Source: Octopus sinensis (Eukaryota). Taken from it: a stretch of 64,000 nucleotides of DNA. A model generated the notes under the pieces. It was not told where the DNA came from and made no database searches. It worked only from the letters and a program-made list of their open reading frames with translations. Made by a program: the position numbers and the translations under genes. The stretch is taken from positions 202,492,001-202,556,000 of the forward strand of contig NC_042997.1 in the NCBI RefSeq assembly GCF_006345805.1. The letters run 5' to 3'. Below are positions 24,177-38,087 of this stretch, piece by piece. How positions within the stretch are numbered: position 1 is the first letter of the stretch; every line of letters starts with the position of its first letter.

Positions 24177-27100
24177 CAAGCTTTAAGTTTCCATCTGAGC
24201 TTCCACTACTGGCAAGGATTGTAGAAGACACTGACTCAACTACCATGCAGTGGGGTTGTTGAACCTGAAACCATGTGCTTGCAAAGTGCACTGGCCAGGT
24301 TGTGCCTAATCAAGTACAATGCTCACCTCTAAGTATGGACAATTAAATTCCGGCAAAAATATCTATTGTTCATAATATAAATTCACTGTTGTTGTATAAA
24401 ATACACTGAAAAACGTCTTGTTATGTAAATGGAGCAAAAGGCACATTCAGAAGTGACCTTTGAACTTCACTTGGCCAGACCATAAAAGTGCACCTGTTCT
24501 AATGTGAAGAGTTTGGAAATCACACTATCAGATTTTGATAATGACAGTGAATTCCAGTTTATATTTAATTTCGCTGTTCAGTTTTTATAGTGATGTACTC
24601 AATTGTGTTATCAAAGAAGAACATATTTAAAATTTTTTTTCTATATTATTGAAGAGAGAAGCAGTCCCCATAACCCTTCACAGGGCCTTTCAGACTGGTG
24701 GAGTGAAGAAACATATCTTCTAACTGGAGACATGGCCTGAAGGTTTGCACTAGGGTCGGCTCCGAGTCAAGGCCATGGTGAGATTTGAAATCAGAATAAA
24801 TGTTGCAAGGAATTTACTCACATTCTTTGAGTTCCACAAATACAATATTTTGGATTACTACATTATTAACTCTAGAAAGGATGATGGGCAAAGTTGAAGT
24901 CAGAGCACAGAGAGCTGGAGGAAATACCATAAGCCATACAATCCAGTTTGCTACTTATTTATTATTAACTCTTTTTGTAACAACTCACTTGAGATCACCC
25001 CTGGTTCTATAATACAAATTTCATTTTAAAATTGATCTACAGTGAAACCTTCAATCAAATTCTTTTGTGTTCTATGCTCCAGGTTAATAATGACTTATTT
25101 TATTGTTTGTCATTATTTTCAACATTACCATATATACTAATGTATGTTGCAGCCCTAATTTAGTGTTAGTTCTTGGTACAAAATTTTTCTCTTCATACTT
25201 TTAGCTTTGTCTCATGTATATAAGTTGCACCTCAGTTTTTACTCTTAAATCAAGCCTGAAACTTATACACGAATACATATGGTAACTGAATCAAAAGCAG
25301 TGTATTTCAAAACATTCTTCAGGTGTCAGGCATTCAGGATCTGGCTTTCCTTTTTTTTTTTTTTTATTCATTTAAAAAAAGTTTTCCTGAACCAGAATTT
25401 TAGGAAGCTTAAGTGTAGCATTCAAGAAAGCATTTTAAACTACTTCATCTAATGTCGTAAAATTTCACAGGACCTGAATTATGTTGACACAGAACTCTCA
25501 CCCATTTAGTGGAGGACACATTTCTTTTTTTTTTTTCTTCCCCCCCCCCCATTTGTTTTCCTATTCATTTTTTTCTTGTTGCCTTCCAAGTTACTTGGCA
25601 ACCTCACTAGTGCCAGTGGCATGAACAAAAAAATCACCCAGTACACTTTGTTAACTGCTTGCTGTGAGGATGGTCGTCCAGCTGCAGAAAGCTTGCCAAA
25701 GTAGATATTGGAGCTCAACACAGCCCTACAGCTGGCCGGATCCTGTCAGACCATCCCAGTCCAAGCAGAAGGAAAATGGACATTAAATGATGATAATGAT
25801 GAACATGTAGGTCATATCTATTTATAGTACAAATTATTGTTTAGATAAAAATCAAACAAAATAATCGTTTCATTGTAATCATTGTCAATTTCATTTTCTG
25901 ATTGCTTCTTATCAAGAACAATGAACTAACTTCAGTATTTAGTCAGACAGTAATCAATACAATGTCTGATTTAGACAAACCATGCATGATGATTGTTATA
26001 ATATTGTGTGAACCAACAACATAATAATTAAGGTCTTTAATGCAAATGATCATCATTTAAACATCCATGTTCCAAGGCTTCCACACAGTTTCCATCTTCC
26101 AAATACACTCACAAGGCATTGTTTGATCCAGGGCTATAGTAGAAAACACTTGGCCAAGGTGCCACACAGTGAGATTGAACCCAAAGCCATGTGGTTGGAA
26201 GCAAGCTTCTTAACCACACCTGTGACAAATCACGGCCATATTGATCTTACTTATCCAAGAGTAATTAAGTTGACAGAATTTAAACAGAGGACAGTGAAAA
26301 TATATTAAACCATTCAGATGACTTTCTGTAGCCTTGTCCAGAAACTTGAGATTTTCTACATTCTGAAACAGACTGACACATTTCTTCACGTTTGATATTG
26401 CTGTTTGCTACTTATGGGGGACATAAACAAACTAGCACTGGTTATCAAAGGATTGGGTGTGGTGGGGTTGAACACATATTTATATATATACAACAGGCTT
26501 CCACACAGTTTCCATCAACCAAATCCATTCATAAAACTTTGATCGATTCAGGGCTATAGTAGAAGACACTTGACCAAGGTGCTGCACAGTAGGACTGAAC
26601 CAAAAACCAAGTGGTTGCAAAGCAGGCTTCTTAACCACACAGCCATGTCTGCACCCATGTCCACGTTGTTAAAGGAAAACCTATAAACTTCAATATATTC
26701 TGATATCAAGTCTTCAAAGTTATAAAACTGAACCACCTTTGTTTGGCTACCTGAGTCATTTTATCAGTTAAAGTGTAACAGATGCGTTCAGCCTTGTTGG
26801 GTTATTTTTCCTTGGTGAAAATGTGAATTGTTTCAGGTAAGACAATAAACTGCATCCACTAGACCTGTGCCACACAGGTATAGCAGTGTGAAGACATGAA
26901 CTGATGTCATGTGAACCAATTCCTCTGCTTCAAGGGTTAAGTACAGGAAAGTTAAAGTAGCAGAGTGGATTGTAAATAACCAAGCCAATTGCAATTTCAT
27001 AGAGCTGTATACTTATGTAGATAGGTATATTGATTTGTTCATGTGTATGTATATGTGAGCATTAGGGCATATCCATATTGATAAATACGTGAGTGCTTGT

Positions 27101-29454
27101 ACATGGTATATACACAGATATGCTAAGCTCAAACCTAATTTAGTGTCCTTATTAAAATAGCTTCATTCAAAAGAATCTTAAAATGATTAATTTTATTTAC
27201 ATGCAAGTATGTATTACAGCAGTGATGTGCAACCACATTTCTGCCATGGCTTGCAATATTTAAAAAAAACTTTTCATAGTCTATCCAATACCAACAAGAC
27301 GCTGACAAAAATCAATGTTTAGACATGGATTCAAACAACAATAATAGGAAACAAAGACAAAGCACCACTAGTCACATCTGAAAAGTAAAAATATCAAATG
27401 AAATAATATGATTGTGGAAAAACTTGTAATCAATATGCATCTAAACTTTTTTCTAAACATACATACAAGGGTCAGAGTAGCCCAATTCTAGGTTGCATGA
27501 CCTGTATGTCTATATCAGTGTTTCAGAGAATAACAATAGGTTGAAATTCAATTATTTCATAGTTTTATATGTTTGATAACGGTATTCAGTTTTCATTCCA
27601 ATCCAGCACAGTATAGAGATGCAGGCATGTATGATTCAAGGGATAATGTGTTTGAAATAGCCATTGTTAAGATGCACCTGGACAAAGCACACTACTCTGA
27701 TTGTCTGTCCAGCTGTTGGCTGGCCTCTCCTGGTGAAGAGGTTCAACAGCAGGAAGAGATTCCACTGCTAATACGACTGTCTTCAACAATAAGCATATTT
27801 ATAACTATGGATGCTACTATGCCATCCTGGTAGCATCCTTATCACCATTGTTCTACACTTGTTGTCTATACTGATATAGGATGAAGAGATATTCAACATC
27901 CGACTCGGAGTCTACATTTTCCACTTGGCTCCTATACCTTCTTGACCTTCCTAACACTAACCACTTTACAGAGTGTACTGGGCACTGCCCTCGTTCATTT
28001 TCTTTCAGTTTTATTCTCGCTCTATGGCTGGAGATTGGTCTACAATTAGAGTTTGTAGCAGCAGCTGGTCTTCCCTGAGTGTATCCTTGAATGGTTGGAT
28101 GGTCTGATATTATCATTAGGAGGTTATCTCATGTTTTTTGAATAGGCTGGTACAACAGAGTGCTTTTGAAGGTGATATATTTGGAAGCTGACACTATCCA
28201 CCAGTTCATGCATTAAAATCCTCTCTAACACTGAAATCTGGAACATGCCCCACTAGGATTTTCCATACATACGTCATGTCTTTGATAAGGCAAAAGGGAT
28301 GTCTCACCCACCCACCTAACAGAGCACACTGGGTGCATCTTATTGTGGCACCAGCCACAGGCATATAAAAATGGATATAAAAGAGAAAAGTGATAAGGTT
28401 CATCTAATGAGACAAATGATAAATTCCAAAGGAAGTAATTCAATGGGACAACTGTCCTGTTAAGCATAAACATTGCAAATTATTAAAATGCATTTCAAAC
28501 AAGAATATATAAGTGTAAATCAAAGCTTAATTAGGTTCCACGGTTCGATTAGAGATGAGTTTATTAACAAATAATAATAAATGTCAAAACTATCACATGT
28601 CTAGTATCATTTTCTTTCATTAGTTTCAGTTGTTCATCTGTGGCTTTACGGGGTTAGCGCCTTTGAGTATATCAACCCTAGTACATTGTCCAGGGTTGAT
28701 ATAGTCTATTAATCTCAAGAACATGAAGGGTAAGTTGGCTAGAAAGAAAAGGGACAAGGCCAAATACCATAAAGTGGTTGTGACACTCTACAACTAACTT
28801 TGCTATTCTCAGCCTTTGAATACAACTGATGGGTTTCCATGCAGTTTCCACCTACCAAATTTCACACTCAAGTCTTTGGTTATCAGAAGTTAAGAACACT
28901 TGGCCAAGGTATCTTGCAGTGGGACCCAAACACAGAAACACATCGTTGGGAAGCAAACATCTTAGGTGCACAACCTTTGAATTAATACAGGTACACCATT
29001 GATTTTCCAGAACTTGTGGGTCCAGTAACTCCTGTCATCTGGATTAATTACGAAGGGAACTTGAACCTCTTGTGCTTGCCAATCTACTTCAGTGCATGAC
29101 CATAAACGATGTTGTATGTACCAGGCATTTACATACATTATTTACACTGAATCTGTTAGTGGCAATGCCAAAACTGGAAAACACTCTACTTACTGAGCTT
29201 AAATTGATCCTTAGCTATAGCTGCTACAGGTGAGAGAACTGAGAGCATCAGTGGTAGTGTCATCACCATTCCATATTGATCCAAGATAAAGAAGAAGAGC
29301 CATTGCCAAAAAAATGGGCTGTGGTGTTTCTGTACATGGCATTAGTTCATCTTCTGGTTATGATACAATGAAGCAAAAGAATAAAGTATTAAAGTGACTA
29401 CAGATGGTCTGCAATTTACTGTACTTGAGACGACGCATCAAGTTAAGTGAAATC

Positions 29455-29665
29455 CTAGTCATGGCCGGTGCCGGTGATGTGAGTGGCACTTGTGCTGGTG
29501 ACATATCAGAGATACCCAGCACAGTTGATGGAGTGGTTGGCATTATGAACGGCATCCAACCGTAGAAACCAAGCCAAAACAGACAAGAGCCGTGTGCAGT
29601 TCTCTAGTCAAATCATCTTTCCCAAGCTAGCATGGAAAATGGACACTAAATGATGATGATGATGC
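29455..29665 (+). mobile_element. RTE 3' UTR-derived short copy with (GAT)n tail
   Basis: GGAGTGGTTGGCATTATGAACGGCATCCAACCGTAGAAAC...GCATGGAAAATGGACACTAAATGATGATGAT matches the 21500-21666 tail. Similar diverged copies at ~7625-7715, 23510-23640, 25600-25800, 30310-30480. Confidence 0.75.
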
Positions 29666-31659
29666 ACATGATGTCATCATCTTTTACATATGTTCACATG
29701 ATTGTCTCTTTCACTCTCCCTCTTTATGTCTTAATTATTTCTCATTCTTTCTAGCTTTTCCATAGACACCTTTGTCTACTTTCTCACTAATTTTCAGTCT
29801 TGAACACACACACACAATCTGATTGATGAATAATGATAAGCAGTAAACGAAAGAAAAGATAATGATACTATTCCAACAGTTCTCTACTTAGGTATTTTTT
29901 CAACTCACATTTTTAAACCAATGAATTAAAGCTGTGTGTTATTCATAGGAAACTAAATGCTACCCACTTTCTTCCCCCACCCTCACAAATATGTGGTTAT
30001 ATCCAAGACAACCTGATCTGAAGTCGGTTATATTTAATTATTCAAGACGATGTGTTACAAAGAGTTTGACCCATTGGCATTCAGATTACTCTGGCAAATG
30101 TAAGGCTTATTTATTCACATTGTTTACAATTAAATCTATGATGAAATTACTCTCATCCAACCAAACTCCTGGCTCCTCTATCCCTACTCACATTATTATT
30201 TATCTCTTTTAAATGTCAATAATCATGTAGTTCCTTTACAGAAAGAAATCTCTTCTGCTCTGGTCCTTTCTATCACACTTTAATCACCCCACTTCCACAT
30301 CAGGGTTTGTTGTTTTAGCATGCTACATGGCAACCTCAGTAGTGTTGGTGCCAAGAAAACAAACATACCCACTACACACTTGAAATAATTGGCATTAGGA
30401 TGGGCATCCGACTATAAAAACCATGCCAAAGCAGACACTGGAGCCCAATGTTGTCCTTGGGCCCATCAAATACTGTCTCCTCAGGCAAGTGCCTTCTTAA
30501 CCACTTAACTATGCCTGTACCTACCTTAAAAGCAAAAGTATTTTTCTAAACCTTTTACTTTTAGAAAAAGGAATTAAGAAGAACATTTATTAACTTTCTC
30601 AATCTAATTATGTTAGTCATGAGGGATTGTACAACTCGAGTCAATCGCCTCCTCCTACTACTACTACTACTACTACATAAGGTATTCGTATTTGAAAGCA
30701 CCAGTTCTTTTTACCTCTTTTTCCATTGAGAAAAGAGATACATATTTATACATAAGACAGGCTTTTAATTTACATTTACTAAAATTCACTTGTTAGCCGT
30801 GAGTCAACCTGAAGCTAAGATGGAAGACACTTGCCTGAGGAGCAGCATGGTAGAACTGAACCCTAAACCAAGTGGTTGTGAAGCGAACTTGTTGATTATG
30901 CATGTGATCCTTATTTAGAAAGCAAGCTTATGCTTTGGTTTGGTGTCGAGCATTTTCGCAAAAGTATTCAATCCTATAAGGGAGTGTTTAAGTCATGAAG
31001 GAGGAAGTGAGTAATACATTAATTTCAAGTTTAATTAGTCTCTACTTTTATTACATGATGGTAAAGGGTCAGGTGCAGTGGTAAGTATCCAAGTGTTTTT
31101 GATGAGCACTTCTGCAGAATGTGACTGTACTCAGTCGGCACTCTGAGTTTGGTGTTAATGTACTCTTTAATATTGTGATTTTCCACCAAACTTCATACGA
31201 GTTCTGTTGATTCATTTCTGTATTTTAGTAAGATATTCTGAAAAGAGCAAAACCAACTGAATCATGTTGATCGTTTATTGAAATATTAATTTTAACAAAG
31301 CCATTGTGTGTTGGATTACTTTGTTTTATTCATCCTTCTCTCTCTCTCTCATGCTTCGTCTCCCTTCTCCTGACTATCAGTTTTTTAATTGTTATATTGG
31401 ATTGTGTTTTACATAAAGGTCATGCTTTGTTTGAGTAGTGTTACTCTGCAAATATTTAAGCTCAACATTAAATATCAAACGAATAGGAGAGGGCTTAGGT
31501 CAAAATATGTATGACCTTCCTGCTATTCAAGAATGATTGATTGAGGGCAAAACTAGATAAATTTGACTTGATTAGGAAACATTGAAACAAAGTTTTTCAT
31601 GTTCATTGCTGCTGAAAATGTTCTTGTGTGATTTAAAGCCAAAGGAAAGTTAGAAATTC

Positions 31660-31990
31660 TACAGGGTGGCCCTGAAGTCACACAACTATTTAAGAAATTC
31701 TAAACAATTTTGCTAATATATTCTTTCTTTTATTTCAGGTATTAAAACATGAACCCTTGGGAATTTGTTATGGAGAAATATAGTACAGTCCAGTAGACTA
31801 AAATTGAGTAGGATTTTACTTTCGAAATGGACAGTCCATCATGCACATGCAAAGAGCTTCTTGCAGCGTTAACAGAGTAAGGAAGCTGCCCTCTAACTCT
31901 GTAATTATTCATGTAATTCATCATTTCTAAAAACAAGTCTCTGTGGGTGACTTGCCATGAGTTGGGGGGGGGGCAACATTCCATCCAATC
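31660..31990 (-). mobile_element. Highly decayed Tc1/mariner-like 3' end
   Basis: TA|CAGGGTGGCCCTGAAGTC TIR-like start. Minus-strand translation (PPNSWQVTHRDLFL) weakly resembles the WPPxSPDLTPxDFFLWG motif. Confidence 0.3.
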
Positions 31991-32299
31991 CCTGAGAAAC
32001 AGGAATTGCATTGAGCAAATAATTCACCAACATGCAACAGCATTCACTATATGTATATGTAGGTCTGTGTATGTGTGTACATGTGCAACAGAATTCTGTA
32101 GAATTTTCTCATACTAAATTATGTTCAAACAGTATTGGTCACTCTGTGGCTATGAAAGAAGATACCTGACGAAGGTGTTGCACAATGGAATTGAACTCAG
32201 AGCTAAGCGGTTACAAAGCAAACTTCTTAACTACACAACCCACAACTTTTGCTTTCTTTAAAAAAATGTAAAATTAGATTTTCTGTCCTCATCATATTT

Positions 32300-32618
32300 C
32301 GTTTTTGGATTTGGTTTGCAAGATTCTTTATATGAGTTCGTGTGTTGAAGCATATCCTGTTGTGTCTGGGGAGAGTCATTTTCTTTTTGTGCCTTATAAT
32401 ATAACTGGTAAAATTTCCACTTATTTTTATTTTCCTAAAATTTTCATTGCGTCTTGCAACCTTTTCAATAGTCTTGACTATTGAAAAGATTGCAAGACGC
32501 AACAAAAATTTTAGGAAAATAAAAATAAGAAAATAAGTGAATAAGTGGAAATTTTACCAGTGAATGTGTTACATTATAAGGCACAAAAAGAAAATGACTC
32601 TCCCCAGACACAATAGAA
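32300..32618. mobile_element. Palindromic insertion (arms 32360-32473 / 32476-32613) flanked by 16-bp direct repeats
   Basis: TGTCCTCATCATATTT at 32284-32299 and 32619-32634; ~110-bp inverted arms meeting at GTC-TT-GAC. Confidence 0.8.
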
Positions 32619-33349
32619 TGTCCTCATCATATTTTAACAAAACTCTATATTGTGTTTAGTAAAATGGTAGAACAGTAGAAACACAACTATCTTCCAGTAG
32701 TTAGTTCCATTCCTCAATATTCTTAGTTCAAATCCCTCAAGATCAGCCTTACTTTTAGTCTCTCTCTCTCTGGAGAGTTTTATAAAATATAAAACCATTC
32801 ATGTGCTAAAGTCAATACAATTCACTCGATTCCTGCTGTACAAATGCCTGGCTGTTTGCCAATGTAACCAATCAATATATTCTGTTTAATAAAGCAAATT
32901 TATTGTTTCCTACTGGAGAACATAGTTAGTGAGGCAATATGAGACTAGTAAAGACATACTGGAACAAACACTGTAAATGAAGAAAAGTCAACTTGATTCC
33001 ATCAAAAATATTTACTAAACAGAATGGTAAAAGATTATTTTTTATTGAAGTTACTTTTACCTATTTCCAAGATACCTCATACACACACACACAGTTTTGT
33101 AGTTAATATTCTAGAGTTAGTTTATATTTATGTCACAGACTATAGTACAAAAAAAAAGGTTATATTTTTACCTTGTTTTTCTTAATTTCAAGCAGCTTAG
33201 TGACTTTCTCCCTACCCCCCCTCTCTCTCTCTTAGAATTTCTTTTGGATTTTGAAATAAATACATCTAATCATCATCACTTCTACCATTATCATTTCAAC
33301 ATTTAGTTTTCCATGCAAGTTTCAAATGGAATTTGTTGAGGAAGATTTT

Positions 33350-33743
33350 TTGTGGTCGCTGGTTCCAGTGCTGCCTGACTGGCTCCTGTGCCGGTGGCAT
33401 ATAAAAAACTCCATTTGAGCCTGGCCAATGCCAGTGCTGCCCGACTGGCACCCATGCTGGTGGCATGTAAAAAGCACCATTCGAGCATGACCAATGCTAG
33501 TGCCGCCTGACAAGCACCCGTGCCGGTGCCACACAAAAAGTATCATTCGAGCGTGACTGATGCGAGTGGCACGTAAAAAGCACCCACTACACTCTTGGAG
33601 TGGTTGGTGTTAGGAAGGGCATCCAGCTGTAGAAACCTTGCCAAATCAGATTGGAACCAGGTGCAACCTCCCAGCTTGCCAGTCCTCAGTCAAACCATCC
33701 GACCGATGCCGACATGGAAGGCGGACATTAACTGATGATGATG
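33350..33743 (+). mobile_element. RTE 3' UTR-derived copy with ~4 tandem hairpin modules and (GAT)n tail
   Basis: Repeated CCAGTGCTGCCTGACTGGC..GTGCCGGTGGCA..TAAAAAGCACC units followed by the common tail. Confidence 0.85.
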
Positions 33744-34024
33744 ATTAGATCCATTCCTCTCAAGGTAATATGTCCTCTTGGTCAGGCATATTTTCATGGA
33801 AGATTAGAAACAAATGATTTGGCTTCCATACTGGTGATGCTCTCTTACAACTATCATGCAACGTCTAGTCATGAGTCACAAACACACATCCATATACGAT
33901 TGGCTGCTTTCAGTTTCCATCTACAACTGAAAGATGCCTTGTGAATGAGGATATGTTTGTGTCTGTTCATCTTGACATATTCTGCAAAAACATGTCTGTC
34001 CATGGGGTAATATTACCATACTTG

Positions 34025-34215
34025 GAAGGTGGCAAGCTGGCAGAAACAGCACGCCGGGTGAAATGCTTAGCAGTATTTCATCTGTATTTACATTCTGAGT
34101 TCAAATTCTGCTGAGGTCATCCTTTCAGGGTTGGTAAATTAAGTACCAGTTGCATACTGGGATCAATCTAATCGACTGGCCCCCTCCCCCAAAGTTTCAG
34201 GCCTAGAGAAGAAGA
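34025..34215 (+). mobile_element. SINE family 2 (diverged)
   Basis: GGCAAGCTGGCAGAAACAGCACGCCGGGTGAAATGCTTAGC...TTCAAATTCTGCTGAGGTC matches 43410-43640. Another fragment at ~6360-6495. Confidence 0.75.
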
Positions 34216-35178
34216 GAATATTACCATACTTGGAAGCAGATGAAAGTTGGTGTCAACAAGGATATCTGGCTGTAGAAAATCTGCCTCAGTAAACTCCATC
34301 TGACCCATGCAAGCATGTGATGATGACATGTTTATGTGTCTGCACACACACACATACACACCCAATTGTATATATGTTTATGAATAGCTGGTTTCCTGAG
34401 TTGCAATTCCATTTCAACCCTTCCATTGCAAGCAAAGATTATCTTCGAAAAAAAAAAAAACGGTTTCATTTTCCATCTGGTATCTACTACTGGATGCCCT
34501 TCCTAACACTGACCACTGAGTACATCTTATTGTGGACCCAGCATTAGAGAAGCTGCCATGTTCTCAACAATGGTCCTGGATAGATGTATAGTACCACCAC
34601 CACCACCACCAGTGGGGTTGTCATTTCTATTCCCATGATTTTATAATGTGTTCATTGACTCAATGTTTCATGACTGAGAAGGGAAAACAGACAGTGATAA
34701 TAAAAGAACTAGAATGAGTGGAATTAGGGAGCAGGAATGAGTAGAAACAGACTGATTGGGATGGAAGGATAGGAATGAGAGTGTAATGGATAGTAATAGG
34801 GGTAAGAGTGAGCACTAAGTGACCAAGTGAGGGGGGAGAAGTATTGATGGGCTAATAGTAGAGTATATGAGGTATGCAGGTTTGATGTGATCCCTTATAC
34901 ATGTGTCTTGGAATGTGTGAGAGAGCTAAGATGTTAAGGATAGCAGAAGGTGAGAGTTACATGTTGAAGAGATGAGAAGGTTTGACGGGTCCTCTAACAT
35001 TTCTAGTTACACTGCAAGCATGGTACTGTGGGGAGGAGAGATCTACTACCTTCTTTAGTCACACAAACAACATAGTACAGAGAGTGATGGAGATGAGCAG
35101 TGGAAGGTGAGTGATTGGGGATGTTAGATGAAGAAGCAGAAGATGTAGGCTTGACAGTCTACATACATATATGCATAC

Positions 35179-35567
35179 CAGGCACGTGCCATCAGTAATT
35201 ACTCGGTAGGCAGTTTATGTAGTAAAACACGCATAAAAATAAGCAAAACACAGGTGTGCAACTGAGTTTGAGGCAGAATTACTTCTGCCTTTATAGCACG
35301 TAAAGAAAACGTTGTTGTTGGAATGTACGCATCATGTGTACTACAGCAGTACTATGCATAGTTTTACTACTGAGACTGAATGGCAGGGGCAGATTATGCC
35401 TACCTAATCTACAAAAAAATAAAATATTTTGTATTTTATGCATAGTAACAAGAGTAACCTTTATAATTTTGCTGAATAAGGTGCATATTCTGCCATAAAA
35501 GGAAAATGTAACTATCGATCTTATTTTATTCAGGGTAGGCACTGCCTACCCAGGCGGCATGTCCCTG
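35179..35567. mobile_element. hAT-type MITE, 389 bp, 8-bp TSD ATGCATAC
   Basis: TSD at 35171-35178 and 35568-35575; CAGG...CCCTG termini; second copy at 51554-51949. Confidence 0.85.
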
Positions 35568-35590
35568 ATGCATACATATATTTCATCATC

Positions 35591-35770
35591 ATCATTTAAT
35601 GTCCATTTTCCATTCTGGCATCAGTTGGATGGTTTGACAGAGGCTGGTGAGCCAGAGGACTGTGCCATACTTCAATGTCTGCTTTAGCTTCGTTTTTGTG
35701 TCTGGATGCCCTTCTAAATGTCAACCACTTTACAGAGTGTACTGGGTGTGTTTTTTTATGTGGCTCCAGC
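35591..35770 (-). mobile_element. RTE 3' UTR-derived short copy
   Basis: CATCATCATTTAATGTCCATTTTCCAT...GGATGGTTTGAC is the reverse complement of the common tail. Confidence 0.7.
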
Positions 35771-36017
35771 ACTAGAGAGGTTACTAAGTAACTTACTAGG
35801 GAAGACACCCCAAATGAGATGGGGTGTAGTGTTGAAAAGAGGTGGCTTTGTGCCAGATGCGGAGAAGTTAGTTTGATAATGATGAAATTATTGCATATAC
35901 TGCTCAGGTGCACTATAACTCGTCAAAGGTGCCTGTACAGTACATAGAATTATGTACAAAAGTGAACAGTGTATGGAGTCATGATATACATGTGTGCATG
36001 CATATGGAGGCAGGATA

Positions 36018-36275
36018 TCAGGTGTAGTGTTGGTGAATTTCAGGAAGCATGGAGGTTTTAAAGGACGCAATGTCTCTGCAACTAACAGCTGATGCAGGTA
36101 GTTTGTTCCATGCTTCAAAAACTCTGAGTGTGAAAAAATGTTTCCTAAAGTCATGGGAGCTGTGCTGTTTTCTGACTTCATGGGCATACCCACGAGTGTT
36201 AGACACACGGAGCTCAAGGTGGTTGTTGGTGCGTTGGTTAATAAGTTTCATAAGGAGGACAGGAACAGGTGTCAT
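36018..36275 (-). mobile_element. CR1/L2-group LINE C-terminal fragment
   Basis: HDFRKHFFTLRVFEAWNKLP resembles the RKxFFSxRVVxxWNxLP C-terminal motif of CR1-group ORF2. Decayed sequence probably extends toward 36850. Confidence 0.6.
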
Positions 36276-38087
36276 GCTGTGGGGGAAATACGTGGTTCTT
36301 CCAGTCAGAAGATGGTGGTGAAGTCAGGGTGTACCTAAGAGTTACAGGAAGGTAAACTGAATATAAATGGTATGGGTGAGTAAGTTAGTTTGTAGAGGTG
36401 AGTGGAGGCTAGGATCTTTTGTGAATATCTGTTGGAGGTTATAGGAGTGGGTCAGGTAGATAATAGGTGAGTGTGATGCACAGAGCTTGGGGCAAAGTCA
36501 GAAGTAACGGGAAGGGAAGAAGGCCACTGGCAAAATGTGGGTTTGTACAGAGAAAGGATGGTGTTCAGTATAATAAGGAGGTAAGGGAAGATATGAGGGC
36601 ACATTTAGCTGGAAGTGGTCTCAATCACAGGAACTGAATGGACAGTCCTGTAATTAGAAGTGGGATGAACAGGTGGGTGTTAGGAAAATGTGTGAGGGAT
36701 GGGTGATAGGAAGATTGGTTGGAGTGAAGGAAGGTTTGTCTTGGTTATAGTGGGGCAGGGGCATCTCCGATTTTAGCACTTGATTCATCGTGCCTACATG
36801 AACTGGTGCTTTTCTCCTGCACTGCATATCGCCATTCAACACAGTCCTTTGCCGTCTCTGTGAGACAATTATTTCAGATTGGTTTTCTTCCTTCGGTCCA
36901 TACCTTTCTCAGTCTCCATATTCCACAGATTCTGTTCACTTTGAGCACGTTGTTCTTATTTATATAGACGTACTTCTCCGTACCCCCATCACATACCTGT
37001 CCCAAGACAGTTTTCTCTCATTTCCTTCAGATACAAACACGCTCTCAGATTTCTCCCCTCTCGCTGTTCTCCGTAGTTTATTTTTTCTGTCGTTTATTCC
37101 TAGTTTCAAGGGAACTAACTCTTTATCGACTCCGACAGTTTTTGTCTTGTCATAAGAGAAGCCGCTACGATTACGTCCCTTGTATCTGTAACACGCAATT
37201 ACGAGAACTACTGCTAACGTTCCTGAATATATTTTATGTATGGGAAAGAAGACGGACAACGATTTTAATCCAATGATGTTGACCATCATTTAGTAAAGTA
37301 GTCAATGCATTTTAGATGGGTGAAATCACGTGGTTCCAGGTTTTACCACACTGTGCAAGTGTCTTCTTTCATAGGACAGAGGCGCTAAATGTGGACGAAC
37401 AGTAATGAGCTCTGAAGTTGCCAGTATTTTGATCAAAATATTATTTTTAATTGTTATAGTAGGTTATATTTATCAATGTCACACACACACACACACACTC
37501 AGAGGTACATAAAACGCAGTGGAATGAAATTAAAACGACAAACAGTGGATGTGAAAGGGGAAGTACGAAAATATCGAGTAAGTAGCTTATCAACTGCTGG
37601 AGCAGCAGGTACTTTGATAAAAATAAACTGCAAATTATTGTCATTTCCAAACAAACAAACAAAAACACGGTGAATGGTGGCGAAAGTACACGCGTACGCA
37701 CGCACACTCGCGCGCGCGCGCATGCAAACACACAGACACGCAAACCATGTAAGTTCTGATGGCGTCAAATGTCAGACAACGAAAGGTAGAGAATAAAACT
37801 GTTATGACAGTTTATAACTTTTGTTTGTGTTGTTGTTTTTTCCCATTCTGTGTTCACTCATTTATTTCAATAAATTTGATAACTGTTTAATTTTTTTTTT
37901 AATTAAATGCATAGAAAAAAGAACACTGTTTAAAGGATATATTCACTTGATTCAGTGTACAAGCTGTTGACATTCAGATCGGAGGACATTCAACCCCAGT
38001 AGCAAAACATATTACTGGTCGTTGTACAAAAACATAGTTTCAAGCAGAAGTAAGAAAATACTTAGATATTTAATTTTACACACACAT

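Noticed and set aside
32476-32520. Hammerhead-like TTGC-AAGAC-GCAA stem followed by an A-rich GAAA-like stretch
   Set aside because: The CUGANGA core is not matched (TTGAAAA), and neither arm has an intact C-GAAA junction.
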